NCBI GenBank assembly: GCA_020184695.1
Contig: JAANOX010000153.1
Span: 372,001 to 436,000 of the forward strand
Length of the DNA stretch: 64,000 bases
Direction of reading: 5' to 3'
DNA from: Histomonas meleagridis 2922-C6/04-290x
Taxonomy: Eukaryota > Protista > Parabasalia
Shown here: positions 10,979 to 23,339 of the stretch, piece after piece
Layout of the letters: every line of letters starts with the position of its first letter
How positions within the stretch are numbered: position 1 is the stretch's first letter
Program-made: the position numbers and the translations under genes
Notes under the pieces: model-generated
What the model saw: only the letters and a program-made list of their open reading frames with translations
The model's database searches: none
Told to the model about the DNA's origin: nothing

Positions 10979-13069
10979 TCATCTCTTTCCTTTCTTATGC
11001 TTATATATCTTAGCGTTAAGTGCCGCTGCCTCTTTGTGTCTTCCCTGGTCATGGAGCTTATGCTTCTGCTTGATGAGCCTGTCCCTCTCTATTTGCTCTG
11101 CTGTCTTTAGCTCTGATTTAACCTTTGTCTTCGGGCCGCGTTCTCTTCTTCTCTTCGATGTCTTTATGATTTTCTCTTCTTGGCCAACCTGTTGTATATG
11201 TTTATGATTTTCTTGGACCCACGCTTGATATTTCTCTCCACGTGGTGATGTACCTGTGACTTGTGATACCGCATTCCGAATAAATGCTTGTTTTTCACTT
11301 GCTATTTGTTGAATTATTTTCTCTTTCTTTCCACTTTTGCCGAACTTTAATGCTTTCTTCTTAATGAGAAAACCAGATCTATCATCTGGACTCATATCTA
11401 AGATTTTATCTTGAAGTGAAGATACACTTGCATCTCTAATGTTCTCAGCTGCACTATTAAGTTCTTTCATTGGATCAATGAAGAATTTTGAGCGTGTAGA
11501 TTCTATTGTCGGCTTCTTTGGCGCTGCTTTTCTTTCTTTTCGTTTCTTTTTAGGTTCTTCAGGCTTTTCTTTTTCTTCTTTTTCTTCTTTGACTTCTGGA
11601 GTAACTTCATCATCATTCGACGGTTGCGGTTCCGGCGGTTTTTGATTTTGTGCATCATTCTTAACGTGCCCTTGATGCGCAGCACGAAGTTCTTTCATCA
11701 CATTCTTTTGCTTTTGGCTTGCAGCTACTTGTTCGAATATCGTTTGCTTAGGCCTCCATTTCAACAGTAGCTCTTCGCTTTTATTGGCTCCTGCTTGAAT
11801 ATTAACTTCTTTGGCTAAAGTTAACCATAAAGGCTTAGCATTGGGCCGACTTTTAACATACATTTTCTCACCGTCATCCATTCCTTTCTTAAGGACAACA
11901 AGATCATGACATCTTCTTAAAGCGTCATCATAATGTAAGATTTCGTCTTCAATCTCTTCTCTAGAAACGCGTGTAATGGTCCAATCTTCACCTTTAAGAT
12001 ATTCTCTGGCGCCAACATAATAAGGTAACTCATCTTGGGTCACAAAACTTATTACATGACCTTTCCGACCTGCTCGACCTGCTCTTCCACTTCTATGCAA
12101 GAATATTTTAGGTTTTGCTGGGAAATCATAATTCAATACTAAATCTAATCCTTCGATATCCAAACCACGCGCAGCTACGTCAGTCACAAATAAAGTGTTA
12201 ACACTTCCTTTGGAAAATGCTGCAAGCGATGAAGATCTTTCATCTTGATCCATTGTACCATAGATGCACCCGGCCTTAATACCTAATTCCTTGGCAAGTG
12301 CTGATAAAAATTCCGCGTGATGTCGAGTTCCAACAAATACCATTGAATTTGAATATTGTTGAATTGTGGAAAGTAGTAACGCTGGCTTGAACGCTGGAGA
12401 TACGAACTTAAACTGCAACGATAGTGTGCTAGGGAGTTCACTTATGTCCATTCTAACGACAATTGCCTTTTTCAAATTTACTTGCGTAAATTCGGCAAGA
12501 AGCTGTGGTATTGTAGCTGAGAATAACAACGATTGGCGATTTTCTGGTACCAATTTTAGGATTCCTACAAGTTGATCTTCTAATCCTAAATCGAACATTT
12601 GGTCTGCTTCATCAATCACAAGAATTTCAACGCGTGATAACGAATATGATGTCTCTGCTACAATTTGAAGAAGTCGCCCTGGCGTTGCTATGATTACATC
12701 TGGATTTTGTGTTAATGCATCAAATTGTGGTGGTAATGGATCGCCACCAATTAATGACGCCGATTTGAGTGTTGTGTTTTCGGCATATTTTTTGAAAAAA
12801 CGTGCTGTTTGTAAACTTAATTCGCGTGTTGGAGATAAGATTAATCCACGACATCCTGTGATTTTACTGTGTTCATTGAGAATTTGGATCAGAGGAAGTA
12901 AAAATGAGGCCGTTTTACCACTTCCTGTTTTGGACATTGCAACAACATCATGTCTGGCGAGCACGACGGGAATAACTTGTTTCTGTATTTCTGTCGGAGC
13001 TTGATATAGCTTTTTTGCTGTGGCAAGGACTGGTCCTGATAAAAGTTCATCAAACGTGGAATTCGACAT
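10979..13069 (-). CDS. DDX54: DEAD-box RNA helicase DDX54/DBP10-like
   Basis: SKTGSGKT, PTREL, TPGR, DEAD, SAT, ARGLD, HRSGRAGR; basic DBP10-like C-terminus. Confidence 0.88.
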   Translation of the reverse strand: MSNSTFDELLSGPVLATAKKLYQAPTEIQKQVIPVVLARHDVVAMSKTGSGKTASFLLPLIQILNEHSKITGCRGLILSPTRELSLQTARFFKKYAENTTLKSASLIGGDPLPPQFDALTQNPDVIIATPGRLLQIVAETSYSLSRVEILVIDEADQMFDLGLEDQLVGILKLVPENRQSLLFSATIPQLLAEFTQVNLKKAIVVRMDISELPSTLSLQFKFVSPAFKPALLLSTIQQYSNSMVFVGTRHHAEFLSALAKELGIKAGCIYGTMDQDERSSSLAAFSKGSVNTLFVTDVAARGLDIEGLDLVLNYDFPAKPKIFLHRSGRAGRAGRKGHVISFVTQDELPYYVGAREYLKGEDWTITRVSREEIEDEILHYDDALRRCHDLVVLKKGMDDGEKMYVKSRPNAKPLWLTLAKEVNIQAGANKSEELLLKWRPKQTIFEQVAASQKQKNVMKELRAAHQGHVKNDAQNQKPPEPQPSNDDEVTPEVKEEKEEKEKPEEPKKKRKERKAAPKKPTIESTRSKFFIDPMKELNSAAENIRDASVSSLQDKILDMSPDDRSGFLIKKKALKFGKSGKKEKIIQQIASEKQAFIRNAVSQVTGTSPRGEKYQAWVQENHKHIQQVGQEEKIIKTSKRRRERGPKTKVKSELKTAEQIERDRLIKQKHKLHDQGRHKEAAALNAKIYKHKKGKR

Positions 13070-13385
13070 CAACCAATGGTCGAATGAATAGTCAATTTTT
13101 TTGACTGTGGCTGTGATTTTTTGGAACTTAAAATTTTAATTCAATAAGACGATCAAAATGCACTTTTTAAATATTTTAATGAGTAAAATTTTTCTATTTT
13201 ACAAATAGATGATAAATCTTTTTTCTGTATTTACAAATTTGTTTTTAATATAATTCTTTAAGGTAATAAAAAGAACTTAGAGTAAAAGCGCAACGAAGTT
13301 AAGTCAATTGATATCCATTAAAAAGTAAATTGAGAATTGGACAAAATTTGGTTAAGATAATTTTATTGAATAGAATGTGTATACT

Positions 13386-13470
13386 TATTTATTTATATTT
13401 CTTTAAATTTAGTTCGATGGAAAATGAAAAAAATTGATTTTCTGATTTGAAACGACCGTTTATTTGGTTG
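13386..13470 (+). repeat. Dispersed ~85-bp repeat, copy 1 (copy 2 at 33011-33098)
   Basis: Shared TATATTTCTTTAAATTT...AATGAAAAAAATTG.TTTTCTGATTTGAAA.GACCGTTTAT.TGGTTG. Confidence 0.7.
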
Positions 13471-15175
13471 ACAGCGTCTTCTTAAAACATGTTATTAGTT
13501 TGCTTAAACATAAAAATATTTCATTTCATTACGAATTATTCAAGATGTTATAACCCTATAATATTATTGAGAACGGGCGACAAGTACGTATATATTTTTG
13601 CATTTTTGACAAAATGAAAATATCTTTTCTTTTAAAGATGTTATTTATGATGTTATTACCATATGTGAATTTTTTTGACACTTTTATAAAAGCATAAATA
13701 TGTAAATTTTACATATTATTAATTCACACATAAGTATCTTCCCAAACACAAAGGAATTGAAATTAAAACTAAAAAGATTTAATTATTATTTTTTTCAGAT
13801 TTATTCATAAAAAATGTAAAGGAGTATTTCAACTTAATATTTGGAAATTATATATTTTTGCCGTTCGTTATGATAGATACACGATTATCAAAAGACTTTT
13901 TGGCTTTTTTGATAATTCTAAATGCCTTTCTGTGTAGAAGTGATATTTGTGTTTCTTCATTCTGTTCATTTCTTAAATCTTTAAAACTCGGTCCCTTAAC
14001 TGTATCTCTACGTACGCCAATAAGAGTTTCACCTCTGAAACTCATTTTGTGTGGGAGAATCAAACTCGTTTTGATTCCTTTGGGATTAATTAATCCTTCT
14101 TTGATTGAAATAGTTTTAGCTTTTGTTGCAGTTTTTAGCACAGGGGTGATACTTGTGCGTTGAATTTTAACCAAAAAAAGGAAAAATATCATCAAAAAAT
14201 GAAATGTCAATTTGACATAACGATAGAAAATCACCGATGATTTGAAAGAAAATGTTTATGCAATGAATATCATAGTCCTTACAAAAAATAGCTCTTATTA
14301 ATAGTTATTAAAAAAAGTTATTCAAAAGTAGTGAGATTACTTCATGAACAAGAAGAAATTATAGCTTGTCCTTGAGCCCACAAGACAATTTTTGCGTCTG
14401 AGGAAAAGTGACACTTGGGGTACCAATTAACGATAGTAATAGGAACCGTTTATTTTTGTAATGATGAAAAATAAACTTGATCTTTTCGCATATATTTTCG
14501 TTGAGTTCGGTGAATTAATTTTTTCCTTGCTGTTTAGAATTAAAATTAGATATGACATTGCCTCGATTGCCACCGATACAAGTGTATCATAATGTTAACG
14601 GTTTTGGGGTGGTCCACAAGAATCTTCAGTTCTTAACACTAAATTAACACATTTTTTGTATCGCTGTATGCTTTTAACTCTTGCGACAACCCCTTGAATT
14701 ACATTTTCTTCAATGAATTACATAAATTTTACTTTATATTTTTTATTTTGTTACATACTATTATGATATAAATTTTTTGAAAATTGTTTCGTATCATATA
14801 AAATTATCATCTTAAATCGATTAAAAATATTATTCATTGTATTTATGCAGTTCAGCATGCCAAATTTAATATAATCTGCATTTTCTGCTTCGGTGCATAA
14901 CGGTCGCTCGTGCGATAGAGTGAAAATTTTTTAATTGAATAGTTTACTCATAAATTGATTGATTTGAGAATTTCCGTACACAAACATCGAAATAATCATT
15001 ATGAGAATCGCATTTTTTCACCAAAATTATAATTTTATTTTGAAGATCTTTAAAACATCTTTAGCACACTTGCAGATATCGAATATAGTTATGGCAATTA
15101 TCACTTATATTATAAAACAGCAAATTATCCAGAGTCATGTTGTTATGAACTATTTTGGTTGACATTTATTACAAG

Positions 15176-15508
15176 TCACTTTATAACATTGTTTTTACAT
15201 GCACTTCCATGAGTATATTTCTTTAAAAGTAAAATATTACAATGTATTTTGTGACTTTGATGATTTTCATAAGTTTGTGTGTTGATGTTAACTTTTGTTT
15301 TAATATTTTCCTTTTTAATGTCTTTTTTATACAATTGAAATTCGAGTTGGTTTTGTTCATCTGTAAAACTACTTTCATTACTTATTGAAAGCCAAGAAGA
15401 AGCATTCAGAGAAGAAGATTCTAATATAAAATTTTCTTTTGCACCTTTTTCACATAGTAAATTTTCTATTATGTTATAACCTTTTTGTTGTGCGATTGGA
15501 ATTGCTGT
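15176..15508 (-). pseudogene. Orphan terminal ankyrin cap module plus C-terminal tail, paralogous to 53218-53523
   Basis: TAIPIAQQKGYNIIENLLCEKGAKE...KVNINTQTYENHQSHK versus TALKYAQSKNNLELIQTLNEKGAE...KINIQTQTDKNIVISHQK. Confidence 0.65.
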
Positions 15509-15530
15509 ATAATAATGATAAAAATAAACA

Positions 15531-15670
15531 TATTTCAAATTATTAAAACATATTACAAATTATTAAAACATATTAGAAATTATTAAAACATATTACAAAT
15601 TATTAAAACATATTACAAATTATTAAAACAAATATTAAATTATTAAAACATATTCTATATTATTAAAACG
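15531..15670. repeat. 20-bp minisatellite, ~7 copies (TATTAAAACATATTACAAAT)
   Basis: Directly visible tandem repeat. Confidence 0.92.
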
Positions 15671-16574
15671 AATATTATTCCTCTCTATTCATTTTTTAAA
15701 TTTGAATTGTTTTTAATCATTTTGTATTCAATATTTTTGATGTGTTTTTTCAATAGTTTTTGTATCTTTTCCCATTTTCTGATTATATTTCGAATTTTTT
15801 TCCCGATGGTCCCGGAAAAATAATTATCACAATAATCTAACTTAATAATGTTATGAGAAAAAATGAAATTCATCTTGAGTTCATTATACATCAGGTTGTT
15901 GTTAACAGTGTTTAGGCAGTTCTGTGAAATGAATGGATCTCTTGTAATATCTATACCATCTTATACAGAAACTAGATGATACAGTAATTAATAATTCAAT
16001 GGTTAAAGCAATTAATACTCTGCAATTATTAATAATACCCTATGGTTACATAATACGCTATTCAAAAAGTCAGTTCTTCGAATGAATGCCATTTAAATTA
16101 TTAAAAAGTTATGGCTAATTTCACTGGATTTGTTCATCACTATGTACCGTTTTCAGATCTTTGATGCGATGAATGGGCTTCAGAACTAAAATTTCGTGAG
16201 CGCAGTGATACACTATTAAAGTAATTGATGTTGATGCTAAAATTTATATTCGTCTCTAATATTTATTAAATTTTCGAAATAATATTTGAAAGTTCATTGA
16301 TGAAGGTATCAAAAATGGTCATAAAAAAGTATAAAACTAATTCTTAAAAAAGAGTAATCGATCTAGAATTGTATTTATTTTATTTTTAGTAATAAAATTA
16401 AACAACATGAAATCATTTTGTTTTCTTCCAAAATTAAACAACCCAAAGAAAAATTCGAACCGAAGTTCAACGTTGAAAAATTCTGAAACGAAAATAAAAA
16501 TTTGAATTGGGTTGTGATCATTATCATTCAAAAATTGAGAGCAAAAATGGTGAGTGGTCATCTCACTTTTTGTA

Positions 16575-17561
16575 ATGGCTGTTTCTTACAAAGAACTCGG
16601 TCTTGTTAACTCAAAGGACATCTTCGCCAAGGCTGTCCATGGTGGCTATGCTATCCCAGGATACAACTTCTCCCAAATGGAACAATTACAAGCCGTTATC
16701 ACAGCATGCGTTCAAACCGAATCCCCAGTTATCCTTCAAATCTCTGCTGGTGCACGTAAATATGCTAACGCCACAATGCTTCGTTACATGGCCCAAGGTG
16801 CTGTTGAATATGCACGTGAAATCCATCCAGAACATAAACTTATCCCAATTGTTCTTCACCTTGATCATGGTGATTCATTCGAACTTTGCAAGAGCTGCAT
16901 TGAGAAGGGCTTTTCATCTGTTATGATTGATGGTTCACATCTTCCATATGATGAAAACGTTGCCCTTACAAAGAAGGTTGTCGAATTCGCACACTCACAA
17001 AAGGACTATGTCACCGTCGAAGGTGAACTTGGTATCCTTGCTGGTGTTGAAGATGACGTCAAAGCTGAACATCACACATACACACGCCCAGAAGAAGTTC
17101 AAGACTTTGTTTCCAAGACAGGCGTTGACTCACTCGCCATTGCCATTGGTACATCCCATGGTGCATACAAATTCCCACCAGGCACAAAACCACAAATCCG
17201 TCTTGATATCCTCCACGAAGTCGAGAAAAAGCTCCCAGGATTCCCAATCGTTCTCCACGGATCATCCTCCATCCCACAAGAATATGTTGAAATGGTTAAC
17301 AAGTATGGTGGTAAGATGCCAGATGCAGTTGGTATCCCAGAAGATCAACTTCGTGAAGCATCACGCTCTGCTGTTTGCAAGATCAACATTGATTCTGATG
17401 GCCGTATGGTTATGACTGGTACAATCCGTCGTTTATTCCATGAACACCCAGAATGGTTCGACCCACGTCAATACCTCGGTGAAGCACGTACAAAGCTTAC
17501 AGAAATGTACGCACGTAAGAACAGAGAAGTTCTTGGCTCAGCTGGCCACGCATTCGACTAA
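16575..17561 (+). CDS. FBA: Class II fructose-1,6-bisphosphate aldolase (bacterial type)
   Basis: LHLDHG, SSVMIDGS, VEGELG, LAIAIGTSHGAYK, VLHGSS, KINIDSD; Inr-like TCACTT upstream; biased high-expression codon usage. Confidence 0.96.
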   Translation: MAVSYKELGLVNSKDIFAKAVHGGYAIPGYNFSQMEQLQAVITACVQTESPVILQISAGARKYANATMLRYMAQGAVEYAREIHPEHKLIPIVLHLDHGDSFELCKSCIEKGFSSVMIDGSHLPYDENVALTKKVVEFAHSQKDYVTVEGELGILAGVEDDVKAEHHTYTRPEEVQDFVSKTGVDSLAIAIGTSHGAYKFPPGTKPQIRLDILHEVEKKLPGFPIVLHGSSSIPQEYVEMVNKYGGKMPDAVGIPEDQLREASRSAVCKINIDSDGRMVMTGTIRRLFHEHPEWFDPRQYLGEARTKLTEMYARKNREVLGSAGHAFD

Positions 17562-17864
17562 AGAAACAACTAAAGATAATTATCGTTTTTAATTGAAAAT
17601 GGAATTGAATCAATTTTTTGAATGCGCATTCAAAATGTTATGTCACTTTTGATGTAAGAAATAACTTTTTGCGAACATTTGTTTAAACACTTGTTGGAAT
17701 CAATTCTTATTTGGATGTCATTACTGTTTATATGTAAAATTTGTGTTCTATAAAACAATTTATATAATTTTAGAATGATATTTTAAAGATTTCAATAAGA
17801 ATTAGACATTAAAAAACTTTTATCTTCATTTAACTGAGACTAACTTTATCAATTCATAACTCAG

Positions 17865-18416
17865 CTATGAAAAATATTTAAAACCTGATACAAAACAAAA
17901 TAAAAATTGTAAATTAAAATTTAATGAGTTTTGATTAATAAAATTACGAAAGTGCCGTCCATTCAAGTGTAGAACAAAGCTCCCTCGAAGACTCATCGAG
18001 ATTTTCTTGTTTAAGATTGATGGATTGTGAAATCTGAAATTAGAAAATAAAAATACTTGGTTTGGATTTTGGCATAATTTAATTTTGTTGGCAATAAAAG
18101 AAGAAATATTTAAAGAAAGTTCATCAAATTCGAGATACTGTGACGCGATCAAAAGGGCTGGAATGTCGTCAATATTATTTTCCAAAAATTGCTCACTCCA
18201 ATTTTCAGACTGAGGTGAGAGTAAGTTATTCATGTACTCTATGATTAAATGAAATATTTTAGAATCAACATTTTCAAATGAAATTTCACCAACCTTTTCC
18301 AAATCGTCAACACAATGAGATATAAGCTTCGAATGTCTGTAAATTCTTTTTGGCATAATTATTTCTTTACCATCTGCAGATTTAATTTTGAGAACATTTC
18401 CCTTTTTTCCAATCAT
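17865..18416 (-). CDS. Skp1/BTB-POZ-like protein
   Basis: LKIKSADGKE, S.LI, FENVDSKIFHLIIEY, LLIASQYLEFDEL. Confidence 0.75.
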   Translation of the reverse strand: MIGKKGNVLKIKSADGKEIIMPKRIYRHSKLISHCVDDLEKVGEISFENVDSKIFHLIIEYMNNLLSPQSENWSEQFLENNIDDIPALLIASQYLEFDELSLNISSFIANKIKLCQNPNQVFLFSNFRFHNPSILNKKISMSLRGSFVLHLNGRHFRNFINQNSLNFNLQFLFCFVSGFKYFS

Positions 18417-18985
18417 TTTGCTTCAAGGCGCCCCGAAACCGTTAACAAATTCAATCATCAATATCATAATAAGAAAAATGATTATAAAAAATCTTCAGAT
18501 GTGTCTTTTGTATCTACATCCGAATTCGGTCTTAGTTTACCCGCACTTTTGCCGATAATGTACACGGGAGCAAGAAGAAAAAATAAAATGAACAAAATAA
18601 ATGCATTTCATCATCAATTTAGAGGAGGCTTATGCATTTCATAATAAAACAATATATATCTTTGGAAAGTGTTATGATTGTTCATTAGAATCAAAATCAT
18701 GAAATGATTACGATCAAATTATATTGAAAAAATTCAGTCATATGTAAACTATTCAAATAAATTTTGTTTGTCTCAAATAAACGGTTTCTATGATTATGTA
18801 TCGTATGTGAAAAAAAATAACAGGAATGTTATATCGTTAATGATCATTATGTAATTTCGCATTAATCTTTCAAATTTATACTGTTTTCGAGAAAAAAATC
18901 ACTAAAGCAGGATAGTAAGTGATAATAACTCAAGTTTAACTCGTGAATAAAATTTTTATGTATCCCAACAAAAAACAAAAATATA

Positions 18986-19057
18986 TTCCGACACGGGGAG
19001 TCGAACCCCGCTCCCGTGGATGAAAACCAAATATCCTAACCGATGAACGATATCGGA
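18986..19057 (-). tRNA. tRNA-Glu (TTC)
   Basis: 72-nt cloverleaf: acceptor TCCGATA/TGTCGGA, anticodon loop TTTTCAT, T-arm CGGGG-TTCGACT-CCCCG. One mismatch in the anticodon stem. Confidence 0.88.
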
Positions 19058-19951
19058 ATTCATTCTCAAGAAAATTATCTAAGGTACAATGATATAATAA
19101 TCCCATTCATGTGGGATTGTATCGGCCTTATATAATACATCACTCCATATTGAAGGTAGACTGCATCTCAAAGAAAAGATTCCTAGAATCAATTCTCATG
19201 TTCATGAAACCAAAAAACGCAACCACCCAAAATTGGACATTTAAAAAATGAATACGATTAAAAAAATCTTCAAATTATTTTTTAACTATAATATAACAAT
19301 ATTATCCAAAAATATGGGCAAAAGGTTGGTGTTGCAACGCTCTCTCCTACTTTTGATTTAAGCTCAATTTTCCCTGAACAACAAAGCGACATTGTTGATA
19401 GGGTTGCACAAAAAGAACAAGCACAAATTGACAAAGCTAAAATATTAATTTCCCAATAATTGAACGAAACAGAAAAATGCATTTGCAAGGCCACAAACAG
19501 CAATTCAATTACCTTTCATATTTGTTGGGTTTAGGGATGTTGGTAATGGACAAAATCAAAGACCATTAAATGGACATGAATTAGAAATTTAAAATTTTAA
19601 AGAAATATAATTTTCTTATTTTTTTTTAAGCAGATAAAGAAACTTTACTTAGTACAATCATGATTGTATGCTTTTTATCAATTAAATTTAAATACTCAAT
19701 TATGACTTCTATAATTCATTTCTTATAAATTACAAATGGACTTATCCAAAACTTAAATCCTTCTGATCTTGCTGAAAACTCAACGAAATCAGTGAGAACA
19801 AATGTTCTTATTTCACTTAGTTCAAAGCGAACTTTTTAAAAAGCTTATTGAACGTTTCTCTAGAGAAATTCTCAATTTTTCCTGAGAATTAAATGGTTTA
19901 TACTTAGTATTGTAAACTTTTCAAATAACCGATGGGTTGATTTCTAAATAA

Positions 19952-22008
19952 ATGATATCAGCTTTCTTTGTTGCAATTGCATGTTCGTATGCTCACTTAA
20001 ACATCGGACAAAACAAAATCTCAAATCCTAAGGCTACTGAAACTAGACTTATAATTAATGATCCCACTGAATTTCCCAATCAGCCAAAGGATGAAATCTA
20101 TGATGTTTTCATTGGTGGCAAAGTAAGTGAAATACCTGCAAAAGCATTTGCAAATTGGTCTTCTCAAAAAACTGTCCATGTTTTAGATCCTGTCACTATA
20201 ATAGGAGAAAGAGCATTTTATAATTGTACTAGCTTAACATCAGTCGAAATCGGAAATGGCGTTACAACTATAGGCGATTATTCATTTCATTATTGCAAAA
20301 AATTAAATCAGTTCAATTAGGCTACAGCATTACAACCATAGGCGAAGGTGCATTTTATCGTACTGCCTTAAAATCAATTGATTTGGGGAAAAATATATCC
20401 ACCATAGGTGAGTATGCATTTTCTGAATGTTCCTTACAAAACATAACAATTCCAAGCTTAGTTACATCCATTCACGACCATACATTTTCACAATGTACTA
20501 ATTTAGAAGAAGTTAAGTTAGGAACCAACATTCATAGTATTGGAAAATTTGCATTTTATTATTGTTTGTCACTCAGTAGCATCGAACTCTCTGAGGGCAT
20601 TACTTCAATAGGCGAATCATCTTTTTCATTTACAGGTTTACGTAGCATTGAACTTCCAAATTCTGTTACTATAATTTCAGGAGCTCTATTTTCTTTTGAT
20701 GAAAATTTACTCACTGCAACACTTGGGAATTCTGTTACTACCATTGGAATAGGTTCATTTTTATCATGTACATCTTTAGAATCCATAAATATTCCAACAT
20801 CATTAACAACAATTAGAAACCAAGCATTTTCTGATTGCAAAAACTTAAATTCAATTACAATTGGCGTTAATGTTGAAACCATTGAGAAATATGCATTTAA
20901 AGGCTGTAGTAAACTTAAATATATTCATGTAGCGACAGAGAACAAATACTTCTCTGAGTATAATTCCGATGGTGCAGTTTATAATAAGGATCAAACATCT
21001 TTAATATTGATGTCTCCAGGTTATACAGCAACTTATATCATTGCAAGTTCAGTATTAACAATCAAAAGTTACGCATTTTCTTATGCAGCTTTGGAATCAA
21101 TTAATTTTGGATTTGCACTTTATACAACAATTGAAAGTTATGGATTTTATGAAAGTAATGTTAAAGAAATTATAATACCAAATACATGTAAAGAGATTGG
21201 AGAACATGCATTTGATTATAGTTCACTTGAGAAAATCACTATTAAGAATGATAATAATGAATTAATGAATGGCGAAACATTTGCAAATACTTATTTCCTT
21301 CAAAGTATCGAAGTAACAAATGATAATTTATATTATACTAATTACAAAAACGATGGAGTTCTTTATGATAAAAACATGAGCAAAATTATACATTATCCTT
21401 CATCTATGCAAACAACAACAGAGACATATAATATACCAAATTCTATTAATGTAATTGATGAATATGCATTTTATATGAATAAATACTTAAGGACAATTAA
21501 CTTCGGTGAAAGTGTTACCACTATTAATAAATTCGCATTTTCAAGTGCAATACTTATCGAAACAATTAATTTTAATGATAAATTAGAAGTAATTGGCGTT
21601 AATTCATTTTCTTCTTGTTCATATTTAAAAAGTATTATATTGCCTTCTTCTGTTAAACAAATTAAAGATTCCGTTTTCGCTGATTGTAACAATTTAAAAT
21701 GTATATACTATTACGGTAAAACTGAGCCAGAAATCGATGCAGATGCATTTAACGCGAAAATAGAGTACGTAATGGTGACCGAGATCTACGAAGGCAAAAC
21801 ATTCGCAAATTACAGCGTGACTTACCAAAATTTGCCCCAATGTCCGCCTATAAAAGATGATAATATAGTTACAATTATATACGTTTTGGCGATTTGCGTG
21901 CCAATAGTTGTCATAATAATAGTGGTGATAATAGTAATCGCCGTGAATAGGCGCAGAAGGAATACCACAAACATATCAGACTCTTATTACGAGGAATTAG
22001 TTAATTAA
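19952..22008 (+). CDS. BspA-like (TpLRR) surface protein with signal peptide, TM helix and short tail; one apparent 1-nt frameshift near 20304
   Basis: xxIGxxAFxxCxxLxxIxI repeats run across two overlapping ORFs (19952-20320, 20293-22008); C-terminal TM, RRRR and YEEL. Confidence 0.88.
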
Positions 22009-22339
22009 ACAAAACGTCAATAATTTCGTTATATCGATGCGATGTAACATTAACATGTGCGCATAATTTTGTCATTTTGCAGCTCATCGCAATGATACAG
22101 CAAGCAAAACTAAATATCTTAAAAAGTTAAGTGTGCAAAAGCAAATTTCTCACTCTCAAAACTAAGTTGCCGAAAAGTGGTGTGCGCAAAACTGAATATC
22201 TGAGTTGCAAAGGTATATCTCCGTATAATAATTGCAATGTGTTGTAACAGCAGAATTACTACACAAGGAAATATTCTATTTTTTGAAAGTTAATATGTAA
22301 AGAAAATTTGGCGTTTAAAAAATAGTAATTTAGCTCTCA

Positions 22340-22770
22340 CTAAGCGTCTCCAAGTTTGACGTCCTTCAACTTATAAATATCTTCGTCTGTTCGATTTCCA
22401 CTAATTGGTATTGTCTTCAATCTTTCTTCGATGCTTTCGTACTCTTCTTTAGTCAATGTAACGAACACAGAGCCCAAATTTTCTTTAATGCGTTCGTCAG
22501 TTCTCATTCCAGGGATCGAAACAACAAAATCACCTTTGCACATAATCCAAGCGAGCGAGATTTGCGCTGGCGTTGCGTTTTTAGCAGCTGCAACTTCTTT
22601 AATATAATCAAGCAATTGTTGATTCTTCACAATATTTTCTTGGAGAAACGAGTAATAACGCGTCTAACATCATCGCCTGTGAATTTGGATTCCGTTGTAT
22701 ACTTTCCACTAAGGAATCCGAATGCAAGTGGTGAAAATGGAACAAATCCAATGCTGAAATCATTTTGTAA
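22340..22770 (-). pseudogene. Aldo/keto reductase, 5'-truncated and frameshifted
   Basis: IGFVPFSPLAFGFLSGKY...DVRRVITRFS then frameshift (~22635) into ATPAQISLAW, IPGMRTDERIKENLG. Confidence 0.8.
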
Positions 22771-23339
22771 AATTTGTGGAAAAAAGCATTTTAAAGGGGT
22801 AAGCAAAATGTCTGCGATAAATATTACTCATAAAAATAATTATAGAATTAAAATAATTTGTACAGACCAAATTTGGAGATATTTCATTTTTAATTTTCGA
22901 GCTAGAAACGAACAGACTACTCTCAATTTTATTATAACAATCAAATGAAGAAAAAAGAGCGAAGAAGAAAAAATAAATATAATATCAATGAGAAACCAAG
23001 GTTCTAATTTGAGTGAGTGAAAAAATTCAATAACTTATATTTCAACAAGTAAATAAAATTTTTAAAAAACATTAGAACGCACGTTGAGTCCATACATTAT
23101 CGTTTTTATTTAAATATAATTTATTATTCCAGATCAAGAGGATGCCGAGAAAAGGGGGTAGGGTCAAGACATTTTGCATCCCCTTTAGTCATCTGTTAAC
23201 ATATTCGTAATTAATGCAGTTATACGTAATGTTTTGATATTAATTAAAAAATCATTATCACGTATCTACATATGCCGATCAAATTACATAGAAGTATATC
23301 GTATGAGTAAAGCTCACAATCGACGAACCGAAAACTTCA

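Noticed and set aside
13848-14234. Overlapping 128-aa (minus) and 101-aa (plus) ORFs
   Set aside because: Non-ATG starts and no recognisable motif; possibly a relic but unsupported.
16603-17415. Short alternative-frame and antisense ORFs over aldolase and other strong genes
   Set aside because: Shadows produced by codon bias of the real CDS.
19099-19118. 7-bp hairpin AATCCCA/TGGGATT upstream of tRNA-Glu
   Set aside because: Too short to be distinguished from chance.
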